Shown here: positions 40,053-54,464 of the stretch, one piece after another
Position numbering within the stretch: the stretch's first letter is position 1
Layout: each line of letters opens with the position of its first letter
Origin: the human T2T-CHM13v2.0 reference genome, Homo sapiens
Length of the DNA: 64,000 nt
Reading direction: 5' to 3' (one strand)
Assembly: GCF_009914755.1 (NCBI RefSeq)
Contig: NC_060934.1
The notes under the pieces: generated by a model
What the model saw: only the letters and a program-made list of their open reading frames with translations
Told to the model about the DNA's origin: nothing
Database searches by the model: none
Program-made: the position numbers and the translations under genes

Positions 40053-40272
40053 GGACGCCTGATGGGCAACAAACACGAGGTGCCAGTGCATCAGTTGGCC
40101 AGGAAGGGTCTGTTTCACATCATGTGTATTTACATCTGTCCCCTTTTGTCTTCCCTGTTAGAGTTCTCACAGATAACAACCTTCACGCAATTCTGAACTA
40201 CAAAACGTAAAGGGAGGGCACTGCAATTGTGTTTCCTGCCTCTATCTCACTGAGATGAAATCTCATTTCTAA

Positions 40273-40349
40273 GTACGAGGTTGAGCCATACGCACTGCCA
40301 TTTTTCTCAAAAACAGAATAGAAGCAGTTTCATGCTGTTCAACCTAATA
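40273..40349. mobile_element. MADE2-like Mariner miniature element (~80 bp palindrome)
   Basis: TACGAGGTTGAGCCATA...CATGCTGTTCAACCTAATA inverted ends. Confidence 0.75.
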
Positions 40350-40440
40350 ACTGCTTTAAACTTGGAAGATGCAAAGTCTGCTTCTGAGGTGACCCAAATA
40401 GGGGTCCACCAGGGATGGGATTGAATCATTTGCTCTAAAG

Positions 40441-40832
40441 TGGTTGTCCCCAACCTTTTTGGTACCAAGGACCAGTTTTGTGGAAGACAATTTTTCCATG
40501 GAGTTGATTTTGGGTAGGGGGTGGTTTCAGGATGGAACTGTTCACCTCAGATCATCAGGCATTAGTTAGATTTGCATAAGGAGCCTGTGACCTCGATCCC
40601 TCATGTGCCCCATTCACAGTAGGGTTTGTGCTCCTGTGAGAATCTAATGCTGCTGCTGATCTGACAGGAGGTGGAGCTCAGGTGGTAATGCGAGTGATGG
40701 GGAGTTCCTGTAAAGGAAGATGGAGTTTCGCTCACTCGCTTGCTGCCTGCTAGTCACCTCCTGCTGTATGGCCTGGTTCCCTACAGGCTGCCGACCGGTA
40801 CAGATGTGCAGCCCGGAGGTTGGGGAGCCCTG
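40441..40832. mobile_element. MER1 (hAT-Charlie) DNA transposon with 8 bp TSD
   Basis: GTCCCCAACCTTTTTGG...GGAGGTTGGGGAGCCCTG; TSD CTCTAAAG (40433-40440) and CTGTAAAG (40833-40840). Confidence 0.92.
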
Positions 40833-41344
40833 CTGTAAAGCATGGGCAGCTTCCAACACAGCCTTCTCCCAGCGTGAAACAAACAGCTGCACTAAAACAA
40901 TCAAATAAAATCAAATCCCAGACCTCGTGTAGCCTGGTGTCTCCCACTCAGATGCCGCACCTGTAGAGACCCGGGAAAAGGGAGTTTCTATGAGCCTGAG
41001 AGGCTCTTCTAGTACTTTTTCTGCCTCTGCTTAGAACATTGCTAAAGAAAATCAAATCGCTTAATCTCTAGCCACCTCCAATCTTTCCATCTCCCCCATC
41101 TATTATGTCACCAAGAAAACTGAAGCAGTTGAATGTCTATATTCTGCAGTGACCCTGTATGGGCTGATCAGGGACCCTGTCGCTGCTATTCTGGCCCCTG
41201 GAGATGCTGGTGTCCCAGCAGAGTGCAAGGCCCATCCTCCTCCCACGGCCGCCACACTCCCCTGTGTGTGTAGAATCTCATCATCGCCTCTCAGCCTCCT
41301 CAGCTCTGTAGCTCTGGCTGGTCCCCGTCCACTACAGAACCCGT

Positions 41345-41605
41345 TCCTTCCTTTCTACTGGATTTTCCCATCACTGTGCAGACAGATTATATTACTCATC
41401 TCTAAAGAGACTTTGATCCTGCACCCCTTTCCATATGATATCTGATTTTTCTGTCCCCTTTTATGGAACGATTTCTTGAAAGAGTTGTCCACACTCACTG
41501 ACTCACTTCTCTCATTCTCCTCAGAGTTCACCCCAAGTCCAGAGAAAACGCTGTTATCAGGCTTCCCATGGCAGCCATGCTGCAACTCCAGTGGGCACTT
41601 GGTGT
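41345..41605 (+). mobile_element. L2 fragment
   Basis: GGATTTTCCCATCA...TTCTTGAAAGAGTTGTCCACACTCACTG...TCCAGTGGGCACTT. Confidence 0.6.
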
Positions 41606-41612
41606 TAGCATC

Positions 41613-42063
41613 TGCATTAATTCCTGTGGCTGCTGTAACAAATTAACACAGACTGGGTGGCTTGAAACTGTAGACATTTATCCTCTCGCAGTTTGGGGAC
41701 TGGACTATGAAATCAAGGCATGGGCAGGGCCATGCTCCCTCTGAAGCCCCCATGGGAGAAGACTTCCTTGCCTCTTCCAGCCTCTCATAGCCCCAGGTGG
41801 TCCTTAGCTCGTGGGTGCATCTCCCCATCTCTGCCTCCATCTTCCCATGGTCTTTTCCTGTAAGTCTCCGTTTCCATATCTCCCTCTCCTATCTCTTATA
41901 AAGACATCAGTCAATAGATTTAGTACCCACATTAGTCTAACATGAGCTCATCTTAACTATGTTATACCTGCAGGCCCCTGTTTCCAAATAAGTCTTCATT
42001 TGCAGGTACTGGCAGTGAGAACTTCCACATCTATTTGGGGGGGACAAAATTCAAGCTACAGCA
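41613..42063 (-). mobile_element. MLT1C-like solo LTR
   Basis: GGCTGCTGTAACAAATTAACACAGACTGGGTGGCTTGAAAC...CCCTGTTTCCAAATAAG...GGGGACAAAATTCAA. Confidence 0.88.
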
Positions 42064-42097
42064 GCCTTGGATTTGACCCCTCAATAACATTTGCTGT

Positions 42098-42380
42098 TGT
42101 TATGGTTTGAATTGAACACCCCGCAAATTCCTATGTGGAAGTCTGAGCCCTGCTATGTCCAAATGGAACTGTGTTTGGAGACAGGCCCTTCACAGCGGGA
42201 ATTCATGTAAAATGGAGTCATTGGTTGAGAGCTGGGGACAAATCTTACTTGACTGGTGTCTTTATAAGAAGAGAAAATGCAGACACAGAGGAGATGCCAG
42301 AGGTGTTCAGGAAAGACCCTGTAAGGACACAGGGAGAAGACTCTGTCTACCAGCCACAGGGAGAGCCCTCGGGAGAAGCT
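42098..42380 (+). mobile_element. MLT1B-like LTR, 3'-truncated
   Basis: TGTTATGGTTTGAATTG; GACTGGTGTCTTTATAAGAAGAGAAAAT; GGACACAGGGAGAAGAC...CTACCAGCC. Confidence 0.8.
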
Positions 42381-42388
42381 CAAGCTAA

Positions 42389-42715
<327 letters not shown>

Positions 42716-42719
42716 TAAT

Positions 42720-43390
42720 TCACACACCACCCAGTGAGCCAGGGCTTCTTCCTTCCTGTGCTTAAAAACATCAGTATCTGGTGACTTCTCACCGTACCCC
42801 TAACAAGACTCCGGGTTGAACCCCCTGCTTCTCTCCTGTCCTCCTGACAATCCACGCTCCACAGGGAGGGAGGATGCTTTAAATGAAAATTACATCTGGT
42901 TACTCTCCTTCTTCCAACCTTCCCACAGCACAACACTGCACTCAGTAAAAGGCCCCACTGACTACTCTGCTCCACACAGTGCCACCTGGTTCTAACCTCA
43001 ACCTCAGCACCCGTGATTCTTCTTTTTGCCTCAGGCACAGTTCTTAAACATCTCCTATTTATTCTTGCCTTGCAGCTTTTCCAGTAATGATTCCATCTGG
43101 CTGGAAAGCTCTCACCTCTGCGTAACTGACCAGTTCTCATTCATGTCTTCCCTTAAACGTCACTTTCTAGCAGAGGCCATTTCTGAACCACCCATCTACA
43201 GAGCCCACAGTCACTTTCTAGCACACAGACTTCTTCTCTCCATTGCTTGTTTGCCTGCATAATTGTTGCTTGTCTGTCCTCCACCACTGAAAATTAAATG
43301 CGTGGAAAGTAAGGATTGAGATTAGCTTGTGGGCCACTGCATGTCCTGGGCTCAGAGTGATGCTGGGAGCCTGGGAACCCCTCAATGACA
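42720..43390 (+). mobile_element. L2 3' region
   Basis: TCCACGCTCCACAG...CTTTAAATGAAAATTACATCTGGTTACTC; CTTAAACGTCACTTTCTAGCAGAGGCC. Confidence 0.7.
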
Positions 43391-46108
43391 GAAGTTTGTC
43401 ACTTGAGGGAACAGGGCCTTCTTATGTGGGATGAGATAGAAGAACCAATGCCAACCCTACGCTTACAATCATCAGGGCACTCTCCTCTACAATCTCATTA
43501 TTTTTATATTCCTTGACACTGTAGATTATTCACACACAAGGAACACTCATTTTGACGCACCTTCAATCTTCAAGGAGCCTAAACTGTCACAGGACAAGTG
43601 GCAGACCCTTCCTTTTACATACACCCTGTCCCTCACTTCCTGCTCCGCTTCAAAACATGTGCCGAATGTCCAAGTTTAACTCGGCCCAACTCAGCTCTGC
43701 ACAGCCATTTGCAGGGGGTGGCATATGGGCTCAGTGGGGTTCAGAATGTGGATTGGATGCAGTAACTGTAGGAACAAGAGGCTCAGAGTGAAGCTAGGCA
43801 AAAAGTTGTTACACACTATAGAAAAATGCACTACATCCAAATGCAATCATTCTTTTTTCAGTCCTAAGCATTGGACCTGGCTCAGAGAACAATTTCAGCC
43901 TCTAAAGCCATAGCTTCAACATCATCCACAAGACAAATTTCACTTTGAACACTGAGGAGAGCTGCCAAGTACGGGACCCTGGAGCCCAGCCCGGCTGTAT
44001 GAATCCAAGTGATGTTGGGTGTGACAAAGCTTGCTGAGGTCAGCCTGTGCTTAAGACAAATAAGTGGAACACACACAGCCCTTCACATCAGCAGGAATAA
44101 GAAGAAAGCAAGTGGAAAATTCACCTGAAACCCTCATCTCACTTCAATCCTTGAGTAAAAGGCCCGGGATAGACGAGTTGACTCAGAATAATTGAAAATT
44201 TTCCTGGATTGCTGGTAGCCCTACGTCCAGAGCAGAAGTGCATTTAATAGATTTTCCTCATGAAAGGAATTTGAAAAATGTAAAAACTATGGAAGAGAAG
44301 TAAATAAACATACCTTTAAAGTACTCCTTCCAAGTCTTAACCCAAAGCACACATTTTGGGGGAAATTTTTGCATAGCCACGTTTATGAGCATGCTTCGTG
44401 TATCACTTTGTCTCGTTTTTCACATAATAGAATGGCATAGGCATTTCCATGTTATTTTAACGTGGAATAACCTGGCAATAACCGGTACTTACTGTACAGT
44501 TGGGGTATAAATTAATTTAATGGCATCATTACATGTCATCAAGCTACTATGCATGGTTTATTATAAAATCACCTCATATTTTGGTTGAGTTAAAAATCTA
44601 CTTTCTTTTTCTTTGATGCTTCTCTGTGTGTTAGTGTTTACTTCTCCTGAAACATATTAATATTTCATGGGTGGATCACTGAGTCACAGAGAATGACACA
44701 GATACAGATGAGTCCGTGTGGGTCCATCTGTCTCTAACTCTATACACGTGACAGCTCTCAACACAAGGCTGTAAAAAGTTTAAGAAGAAAGAGATATCAA
44801 CTTCAGATGTGGAGGACACGCGAGAAAATCCCGCCCAATCCCAGCCTTCATCAGATAACTCCTGACACCGTCTAGACAGCTGGCATTTTCCAACAGTACC
44901 TCTATCCCAGCAGAATCTTATCCATTCCTTGCCAAACTACCCCCCGCTTTGTCTACCAGACTGTCCATCAGCACAATGATACTACCAGTCACCCAGACCC
45001 CAGGGCTAGCCAGCCACTCCTCACAGGAGCCAGACACAGCCCGGCTCGCTTCTTCTCTTTTCAAAACCACAAGCATCATGGCACTTTGCTGCAGTCAGGG
45101 CTGATCCTTCAGCAAGCTGTCATCAAAACCAGGAGTGCTTACTTGGCAGATGTGTAATCAAGGTTATGGGATATGCCCCAACCCAGAGGCAAAGCTACAG
45201 AAAGAAGATGGTCAGCCAGTCATCACAGTGATGTGTCTGCATTGAATCCCCACCCAGGGGCAGGCAGCCCAAATCCATGCCAGCCACTTTCTCCAACTCT
45301 GCAATCCTCCAGAGAGGCCCGGCCAGGCCTTCACACATCTCTGCACACTGTGTCCGTTCCTGCTCACTTGTGCACACATGCACATGTGGACACACACACA
45401 CACACTTCACACATCTCTGCATATTGTGCTCATTCCTGCACACACACACAGAAGAATCCCTTCACTTCCTCCTCTCCCGGCACTGCCCGTCTGTTCAGCT
45501 CTACCTGGAGGACCTGCTCTGGAAGCCCAGCTCTGCTGCTGAGGCCTGCCCTGTTTCCTCTCTTAGTTTATAAACCTCCTGCCATCCATCTCTTTCATTT
45601 GAGTGGTTAATAATACGTTGTAAATTGTTCCCTAAGCTGTCCCATGCGTTTTATCACTGCAGCTGGGCTGCAATCTCCTGAAATCAGAGGCTCCGCCTTG
45701 CATCGCGCTTGTATCTGCACAGACCTTGGCTGTGAGCACAGGCCGATGAGCAGAGGTTAATCTCCCCACACAGACACACGACTATGATCAGGCATTTTTC
45801 TACCTCCGAAGGTCTGGCCTTGGGATCGGGGAGGGAGCTTGCTTTCTTTCCTTCCTTTTTCCAGGGGAAGACCCTCCGTAAGAAGAGCTCTTCTGGGTCT
45901 CCTGCCCTTCGCCCGCCCTGGGTCATCTGACTGGCAGGTCTAGATCTGGAAGACGTTGGGAGAATCAGCTCTGGCTTTCTCTAACTATGGGAGCCGCTGC
46001 CTGCCGGAAGCAAGCGTGTAGCGGTGCCTCTCTGTGCAGTGATTCTTAGAGGCAGAACCTGCTGGGCTGTTGGTCACTGCAGCCAATGTGCTGTGATTTT
46101 GCAAGTAA

Positions 46109-46444
<336 letters not shown>

Positions 46445-48826
46445 ACAGTAAGTCTTTTTAATTTGGAGGTGAAGTATGAAGACACCCACTTGGCCAACAA
46501 TCCACATTTTCCCACAGCTTTATCCGTATAAAAATGATATTTTGCTCTGTATCTTCCCGACTCTTGTCTGCTTCTCAAGCATTTCTTAAATGAGGGTAGA
46601 GAAAAGAGAGCTGTTGTTAACTGGGGCCTTCAGACCCGTGAGACAGCGGCCCCCGGCCCCCGGCGCGCCTCTCGGGCCACGTGGCTGCTCTGCCACGGCA
46701 CCCGCAGTCCTGAGGGCCGCTAGGCCAGGACAGTGCCCACGCCCAGCCTCACCTCCTACAGGGAACAGGAACTGAAGTTGTCTGTGGCTGCCCCCAAAGG
46801 TAAGAACAGGACTTGGGAAAGCCTTGGCAGTTCTTGGAGTGCTCAGGCAGGAAGTTTCTCCCTAAGCTAGGAAGTGGGGGCTCTCCAGCTCTCACAGGTC
46901 CCCTCATTCTCCAAAGGATCCCACAGGCCAGCGAACGGTGCTCTCCTTCCAAGCTCTCGGGTCTCTGCTCCCAGCACACCGGCCAGCTCATGCCAGGGAA
47001 TTCTCCAGGCAGCACAACCCATTGTGCCAGTGAGCGCCAGTGTCCTGGGAGGGTGATGTGAAGACCGCATCTCACAGCAGCCTGACCCTGCCTGTTCAGC
47101 ACTCCCCCTGGGCACTTAAGCATCAGGAGACAGGGGAGAAAATGTAAAGGAAAACTAAGGCTCCAAGAGTGGAAACCCTGACACAAACGAGTTCCGGGAA
47201 AGCTTATTTGTATATATATTTTCCCCTAAATTAGTACCTGATTTTTCCTTATTCTAGAGAAGGAATCCTAGAAACATCTCCAAGAATAGGGGTGATTATT
47301 TTAAAGAAAACCGTGCAGGAAATTGAAAACGATCACATTTAACGTTGGAAACTGACGGCTCTTGTACACATTTTGATTCTCATCGCTTAAGAATTTCCCC
47401 TGCATATTTTGTCTAAATAAAGCACACACTGGTGTGATCAACCATTCCAGTGAGGAGGAGCACTTAGGGTTTTTCACGTGAAGAGTAAGCGTTTCAACAT
47501 GTTTTTAAATGCATAATTTTCTGGCTGGTAAATAATCTACATTTTTTTTGTATGTCCCTACAATAGTTTGCATAATCCACCTTTTTAAAATTTTGTAAAT
47601 ATGCATTTACATGATAAAGTGTGATTAGACTACAGTGCCTACTCATGCATTGCTTATGTTTTCCTTAACAAAAAAAGCACAAGAAAAACAAAGGGAATTT
47701 ACATAATTTTCATTTCCCATTTGTGCATTTTAACTTAATCAACATATTTATTCTGAAATATAGTCAGCTGATGCCACACCAAAAAAAAAAAAAAAAAAAG
47801 CACAATCGTCTATGGAACAAAAATAAATAAATACAGTTGATTTCAACTCTTCAATCATGTCCTCAATTTGGTAACGAAAGCTTTTATGAGGAAAGCCCTT
47901 GTCCTTTCGTTAAAGAAGGTCATATCCAAAAGTTTTATATTATTGGCGTTTAATGTCATGATTGTTTATATTTCTGTAGTTTCGTAATTATTATTGATCT
48001 CATAATGATAATTAAGAAGTAGCAAATAAGCAAAAATGGGTTAAGCAAGTGTCTCAACATTGCTATTGCTCACAATTAGAGCTAGTGTATTTCTAGATAG
48101 AGAAGAAGTCCAAAGAGGTAACAATGAGAGTCGAAAATACCCTGGTTTCCGCTTGGGAAAATTACTGCTTTCTCTTATGTGAAGTCTAACTGAATACTCA
48201 ACAGGCAGGCAACCCTCACCTAGCCTAGGAGGGAAGGCAGGCTCATGGACCCAAGCAAGTCCAAGTGGAAGCCTTCTCCCTGTCACTAGGATTCTTGGGG
48301 GCAGAGAAACAGGGAGAAGGACAATTAGTAGTGGTTCCTTTGAAGTCCACTTCATTGTTCATTGTTCTGCATCCTGAAGTCCACTGACTTCAAGTTCATT
48401 AACTCCTGGAGGAGACCATCCCTACTGCCGCACCATCCACAAGCTTTCTACTCACTTTCATACCAGATCTCCTACCACGTTTTCCATCCCCGATTCCTCC
48501 CCATTTGCTCAAGTTATCCTGAGTTGGGCTCTGGAATTTTCAAGCAACAGACCTCTGCTGAGCTGTCCCAGCTCTTCCCCAGCCCCTCTGTTATTGGAAA
48601 TGACTGCTTTGACTTGGATCAATTCGCTGGTGTCGTTTGCCTCCACCGTCTTTCTCATGCCCTGTGATTAGGGTGACCACACACCCCCTGGATGCACCTG
48701 CGGCCCCTGCGTATGGTTTCTGTCTCAAAGCCTCTCAGGTATGACAGTAAACTCTACGTTCCCTGCGTGAGCAGAAGCCAGGTGTCTCCTTTCAACAACG
48801 GTTGGGTCCTCATGGCTGGGTTATCT

Positions 48827-48845
48827 TGGCCACCAGAGGGCGACG
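48827..48845 (+). promoter_or_regulatory. Candidate CTCF binding site
   Basis: TGGCCACCAGAGGGCGACG closely matches the CTCF core TGGCCACCAGGGGGCGC and lies in unique sequence. Confidence 0.65.
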
Positions 48846-49949
48846 CAGTGAAGTGTGAACGGGATTCCAGCCCTGCATTCAGTCACTACACGATGACCAT
48901 GCTACTCCAGATGATACCCATGCTGCTTCGATGTGCCAGGCAACCTTCTAGACACTGGAAATGCAAAGACGAATGAGACACACGTCTTCTTTACCCCCCA
49001 GGAGCCCAGGATCCAGTGGTGGTGTAAACAGAGGACAGCACGGCACAAGTGCTATGGAGGAGCCAGGATGGAGTGACACGGGGATGCTGTGCATAAGAGA
49101 GGGATGAAAAGGAGGGCTGGGATCAGGACAACAGGGAGAGTTCTTAGAGGAGGTGGCTCCAGAGGAAGGGGTCAGATTGTGCCAATGACCCCAGGTCAGC
49201 AGGGAAGAGCTAGCAGTGGACATTGCAATGCTGGGGATATTGCTCCAGTCCTTCAGCCTCTAGACAGTAACATGGAGGAAGTGACTGCCCGGGTCTGTTC
49301 TGTATCTTCATAGAACAAGCAACAGATGGAGTCCATAGTTTACCATGCTAAAGGGAATCCCGTTTGGTGATGGATAAGTTGAAGTAAAATAAGAGTAAGT
49401 GTCAAAAAGAGGTTGGACAGGCAGAGGTGCTTCCAAGACACTGCTGGGCATCACAGAGCCCTAGCAAGGGGGTCTATGCCCCCCAGCTTCCTGCCCAGCC
49501 TGCCTCATTATATGCTGGAGGGTAAAATCCATTTTCCCAAAGAGATAAAAAGAACGACGGAATTGACCAAAACATATACAAACATGAAATCCGCTACAAA
49601 AATTGCAAGATATAAGTCAAAGTTCCATTGGTTCTGAAACTGTAAGACCCACAGGTCTTATCATAGATAATTATTTTAAAGTGTTGTTAGATGATTATTC
49701 ACCCCTATGGAAAGACAATTTGCTGTTGCACGGGACTGTGCCTCTCCCAACACCATCTCACTTGTCCCCACATGCTCCCCTTTTGTTGGGAAGGTTGGCC
49801 GAGATATCACCTCCTGCTTCAGAGAATATGAGTGTCTGTGCCCTAAATGACATTGTCTTCATTGTCTAAAAATGAGCTATTTACTCCATTCTTGTTCATT
49901 GATTCTTAATCCAATATCCCATCATCGGGTAGATATTTTTTTGCAAGGA

Positions 49950-50145
49950 ATAATGGCCACTATTTATTGATCACATACACTGTGGCAGGCAAAACATATA
50001 CATTATCATCAATCTTAAAATGGTGCCATTATCAACATTTTACAGGGAGGCTCAGAGAGATGAGATGTGTTGGCCAAGTTTACAGGGGCGGAAAGTAAAG
50101 AATTTGGGTTTAAACCAGATCTTCCTGTCCCCAAATTCATTGTTT
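49950..50145 (-). mobile_element. MIR
   Basis: CATTTTACAGGGAGGCTCAGAGAG...GCCAAGTTTACA...GGGTTTAAACCAG core. Confidence 0.75.
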
Positions 50146-51254
50146 TCCAACAAAATACGGGCGAATGTAGACATAGTGAAATAGAAAGCTTGCAGTTTAC
50201 CAATATCTGTGGGTCAAGCAGAACAGAGGAGCAGCCCCTTCTATGAAGGTTTGTTACATCTCATCAGAATTAAAAATGTTTTAAGATGTCATTTAAATTT
50301 ACAGCACACCTGTGTTCATGACACAAGTGAGAATATTTCAGGATGAGTAGGCTCTCCACAAAAAACTTGACATTATATTTATGTGCTGATTTTTCAAAAT
50401 AAATTATCATAAATGTGAGGCTTAGGATACATAGATGAGATATGGCTGTAAGACAATCCATCTCTTGATTTAGCAAATAAATTGGATTTCTTTCTAGTCA
50501 TCTCAATATTTAAGGTCAAGGAGATGAATTTCACATGGTGTCCTGATCATTAATAAATCCCGGCTTGTTCTCATGTGATGCTGTTTTGGACTTAATTAGA
50601 TCCGTGCACCTCTCCCTGCAATACAGAACACAAAGACAAGAGTGCCCATTTTCCCAAATTATATGGTTTCATTATTTCAAACTATGAATATCCCAAACAG
50701 CCTACTGATTATTTTGCCAAATTTATTATCAGAAAGAACCACCCTAAATAAAAACCCCAAAATCAAACAATTTTATCTTTATAAGTTGATCCATTTTTGA
50801 AAGGAGGCTGTTAGTTTTACAAAAGTGCTGTGCATTCATTACAACCATCCAAATCATATCAAAAATTACCGGGGAGAAAATGTCGCCACTCCCACCTCCA
50901 CCACCATAGGTAAGGGCCATGATGATTTTTGCTGGCCATCTCTCTCGTTAGCTCTGTGGATAATTAACCCCGTGTAGGCTCAGGGGCAGCATTGCATGTG
51001 GTGTTACACAGCATGCTCCATTTCCCACGCTGTGTGCCGTGGGCTCCTGTCTACACACTGGGGAAGAGCCGAAGAACTCTCTAGGGAGAATCCTGCACCC
51101 ACCGGGTTGAGGTGCTCTCTGCACTTGCCTCACTGCAGGTGAGAGTCACCTTCTGTTCTTATTTCGTAAGATCCAAGCCTCTCCTTCATGCACATGGCCT
51201 GTTCAGGCCCTCAGCACCCAGGAATGGGCATGGACACTCACCTTCACCTGCTTG

Positions 51255-51758
51255 GCTGAGCATAAAACCTGCCCGATTGTCTCATACAACTGAGGTGTAT
51301 GGTTTCTTTTCAAGGAACATAAAAATGGACCCTCCTAGTCTCAAAACTTGAGAAATGGAGATTTGTCTTACCTGAGTCTCTCTCTCAGGACACCAGCCAT
51401 CAGTCCTCCCAGATGGTGTCAAGGAGCTCAAACTCACCAGGTCCCCACATCTGTCAATGAGAGGCCAGAGGCCTCGCCCTCCATGACTGCCTAACCACCC
51501 ATCTGCTGCCTGTTGATCAATTCCTCTTCCTCACCCCTCCCTGGCTCCCATTTTCCCACACATGGTTACATTTCTTCCCTGCCAGAGAAAACCCTAATGT
51601 TACTCCACCGGGGAGATGGATTTGAGACTGATCTCTTATCTCCTCAGCTGCAGCACCCAATAAAGCCTTCTTCCCTGGCAGTAGTAGCCTCAGTGATTGG
51701 CTTTCTGTGCCACTGTGAGCTGCGGGACCTAGACCTAACCCCTGGTGTTTTGGTAACG
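51255..51758 (+). mobile_element. MER39-like ERV1 solo LTR
   Basis: AAAACTTGAGAAA...TTTCCCACACATGGTTACATTTCTTCCCTG...GAGATGGATTTGAGACTGATCTC...GGACCTAGACCTAACCCCTGG...GGTAACG. The 5' boundary is approximate. Confidence 0.82.
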
Positions 51759-53439
51759 AGGATTAAAGGATATGAGGGCCTACACCTGGTGTCCAGCCTG
51801 GAGAGCACTGTGCTGAGCCCTGGCAGCTGTGGCTGGTGGCTTTGTCTTTGGTGTGGTGGATGCAGTGGTGTACAGGATGCTTGGTGTGAGAAGGGCCCTC
51901 TGTGCCCCACAGCCTCTCCTGCCTGGACATCATCATGGCATTTCTGTGACATCACTCGCAGAGCTCTCCTTAGGAGCCACAGGAGAAATTTCTGTCTAGC
52001 CATAGTTGTACTTCTTCAGAATGAATGGTTAACAGTTATAGTTTTTATTTCATTGACTGTTTGAACCATCCAACCAAAAACATGATGACTACATGGAATC
52101 AGGACATATTCTTTTTGCTACAAGTTAATGATCAACCCAGTTCAAATCAGCTCTGATAATGAGGGGTTTTCTCCAAGAGTCAAGGTGCCTCTAAATGTGG
52201 CCAGCTGGCCTCTCACTTCCCTTCTCTTCCTGTATTCCTTGGTTCCACCATCAAGCCTGTGACTCCAGAGCTGAGGAAGCTCTGGGAGTCACACCTAGAC
52301 AATGCAAAATCCAGGGAGAATGTCTTCTGTCCCTTCCAGGCTTTTCATCTTAGGATCCTTCATTTCCTGGGGCTGCTTGTCCAGTTACTGGGGTGGACAT
52401 GGTGTCACCCATCTTGGTTCACAACAACCAGGGAAAAGGTTTGCCCTCCCTGAGTTACAAGTGAGAGACACAGGAACAAGGCCCAGGCTCTGCAAGACAA
52501 GGAAGGAGGATGGGACTGAAGGAGGCCAGCCACACCCCTGGGCCACTGTTGTCTCCGGGCAAGTGTGCGGCTCAGGAAGATGCTCTTCCAGCCTCATCCC
52601 TCATGCTCACTCCTGGTACCCACTCCTGCTCCTGTCATCCTCCTCTTGAGTAATCATTGTATGTTATGCGTTCTTGTAGGTTTCTCTGCATCCTTCCAGA
52701 ATCATTCAAAGAATCACTCATGCACCCACGTATTATATGTGAGTGCCTGAGCACACCCATTGTTTTGGCTTTCAGTTACATGGCAGCTTCACATACACCA
52801 TTTCCTTTGACTTACACAATAGCCCCATGAGGTGAGTGGAGTATGTACAATATAATTTTTAAAGTCAGGTGTGCAAAGTAAGCCAGGACAGTGTAAGACG
52901 TGATGAGTACACCAGCTGACACATTGCCGACTTCTAATGTGCCCCCAAGGTCTTCGGCCATGATTCTGGTGTGTGTGTGTTCCTCCCGCCCTTCCTCATA
53001 TATGGAAGAACGTTCCAGTGCGTGGCAGGCAGAAACATCACAGATTTGGAAGTCTGAAACATTTGGAATGCCCTTAACATTAGAAAACAAATGATTTAAA
53101 CATAAGAACATAAATCACACATCCGATTTGGTATCCTGGCAAAAATTACTGAAACTATAGGGATGCATTGGAGCTATAAGTTATAAAAAATTCAAAAGTC
53201 TTCATGTAAACCTATAGTAGTGCTTAAAAATATGAAGAGTGGTAGTAACCAGAAATAGTCCTGGTGACAGAAAAACATTCCTGATGATGGAAAAGTGTTC
53301 GGCTTTCCTGTGTCCCCTTCTCAGCCTCTATGAAACCAACTGGAAAATGACTTTCAGCCCGAAGCCAATCCCTAGACTGAAAATCAAGTAAGCACAATTC
53401 CATAGGCTCAAACATTTCACAACTTCAGATGTTAATTTA

Positions 53440-53755
<316 letters not shown>

Positions 53756-53779
53756 GTTAATTTAGTTACCTGAAATCGC

Positions 53780-53781
<2 letters not shown>

Positions 53782-53822
<41 letters not shown>
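53782..53822. repeat. (CA)~20 microsatellite
   Basis: Read directly from the sequence. Confidence 0.98.
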
Positions 53823-53823
<1 letters not shown>

Positions 53824-54464
53824 CAGCAAATCAGTGACATCTGAGCCAATTTCCTCTGAACTCAGAACCGGGGTGAGAATTATAACTTTTTGGTAGCTGT
53901 AACTTTAGCCGAATCTTTTCACAGAAAAAGAATGAAATGATATATGTCACTATTTCAATATATTTTCCTATCAATTCCATCACAATGAAAGAGAAAAGAT
54001 GGCATTTTTTTTAAAAGAAAAAGAATACTGGGAATAGATGAAGCCTATCAAATAATGAATTCTGGTCTACTCATGCCTTCCCACCACTTCCAGTGATAGC
54101 TCTTCTCTGCTGTTGGAGACGGCATTAATGCAATCAACATAATTTCATCACTTTCATTTTTCATACTCTTAGTCTCTGCTGAAAGGCATTGAAAGTATTT
54201 TGAAAGGTTGAGAACTTCTTTGAAAACCTTTTCCAGTTACAAATCAGAAAAAAAGGTTTCCATTGATAATGCCTTTCCTTGCCTTGTAAATATGATCTGC
54301 CACATAGGCAGCATTTTTTTTCCTGTAACTCTGAGTTATGATTTATTTCATTTTTCTTTTTTTTTTTTTTTTTTGGTAGAGATCAGGGACATAGGCCTAA
54401 CCATTGTGAAGTCTGTTGACCTAATTAAGATGATCAATTTCCACGTCAGGAAAGATAGGTCAGG

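Noticed and set aside
51513-52064. 183 aa ORF
   Set aside because: Non-ATG start inside the MER39-like LTR, running into flank; no homology that I recognise.
53282-53380. Possible C/D box snoRNA (TGATGA ... CTGA)
   Set aside because: The C box lacks the 5' purine, there is no convincing terminal stem, and such motif pairs are common by chance.
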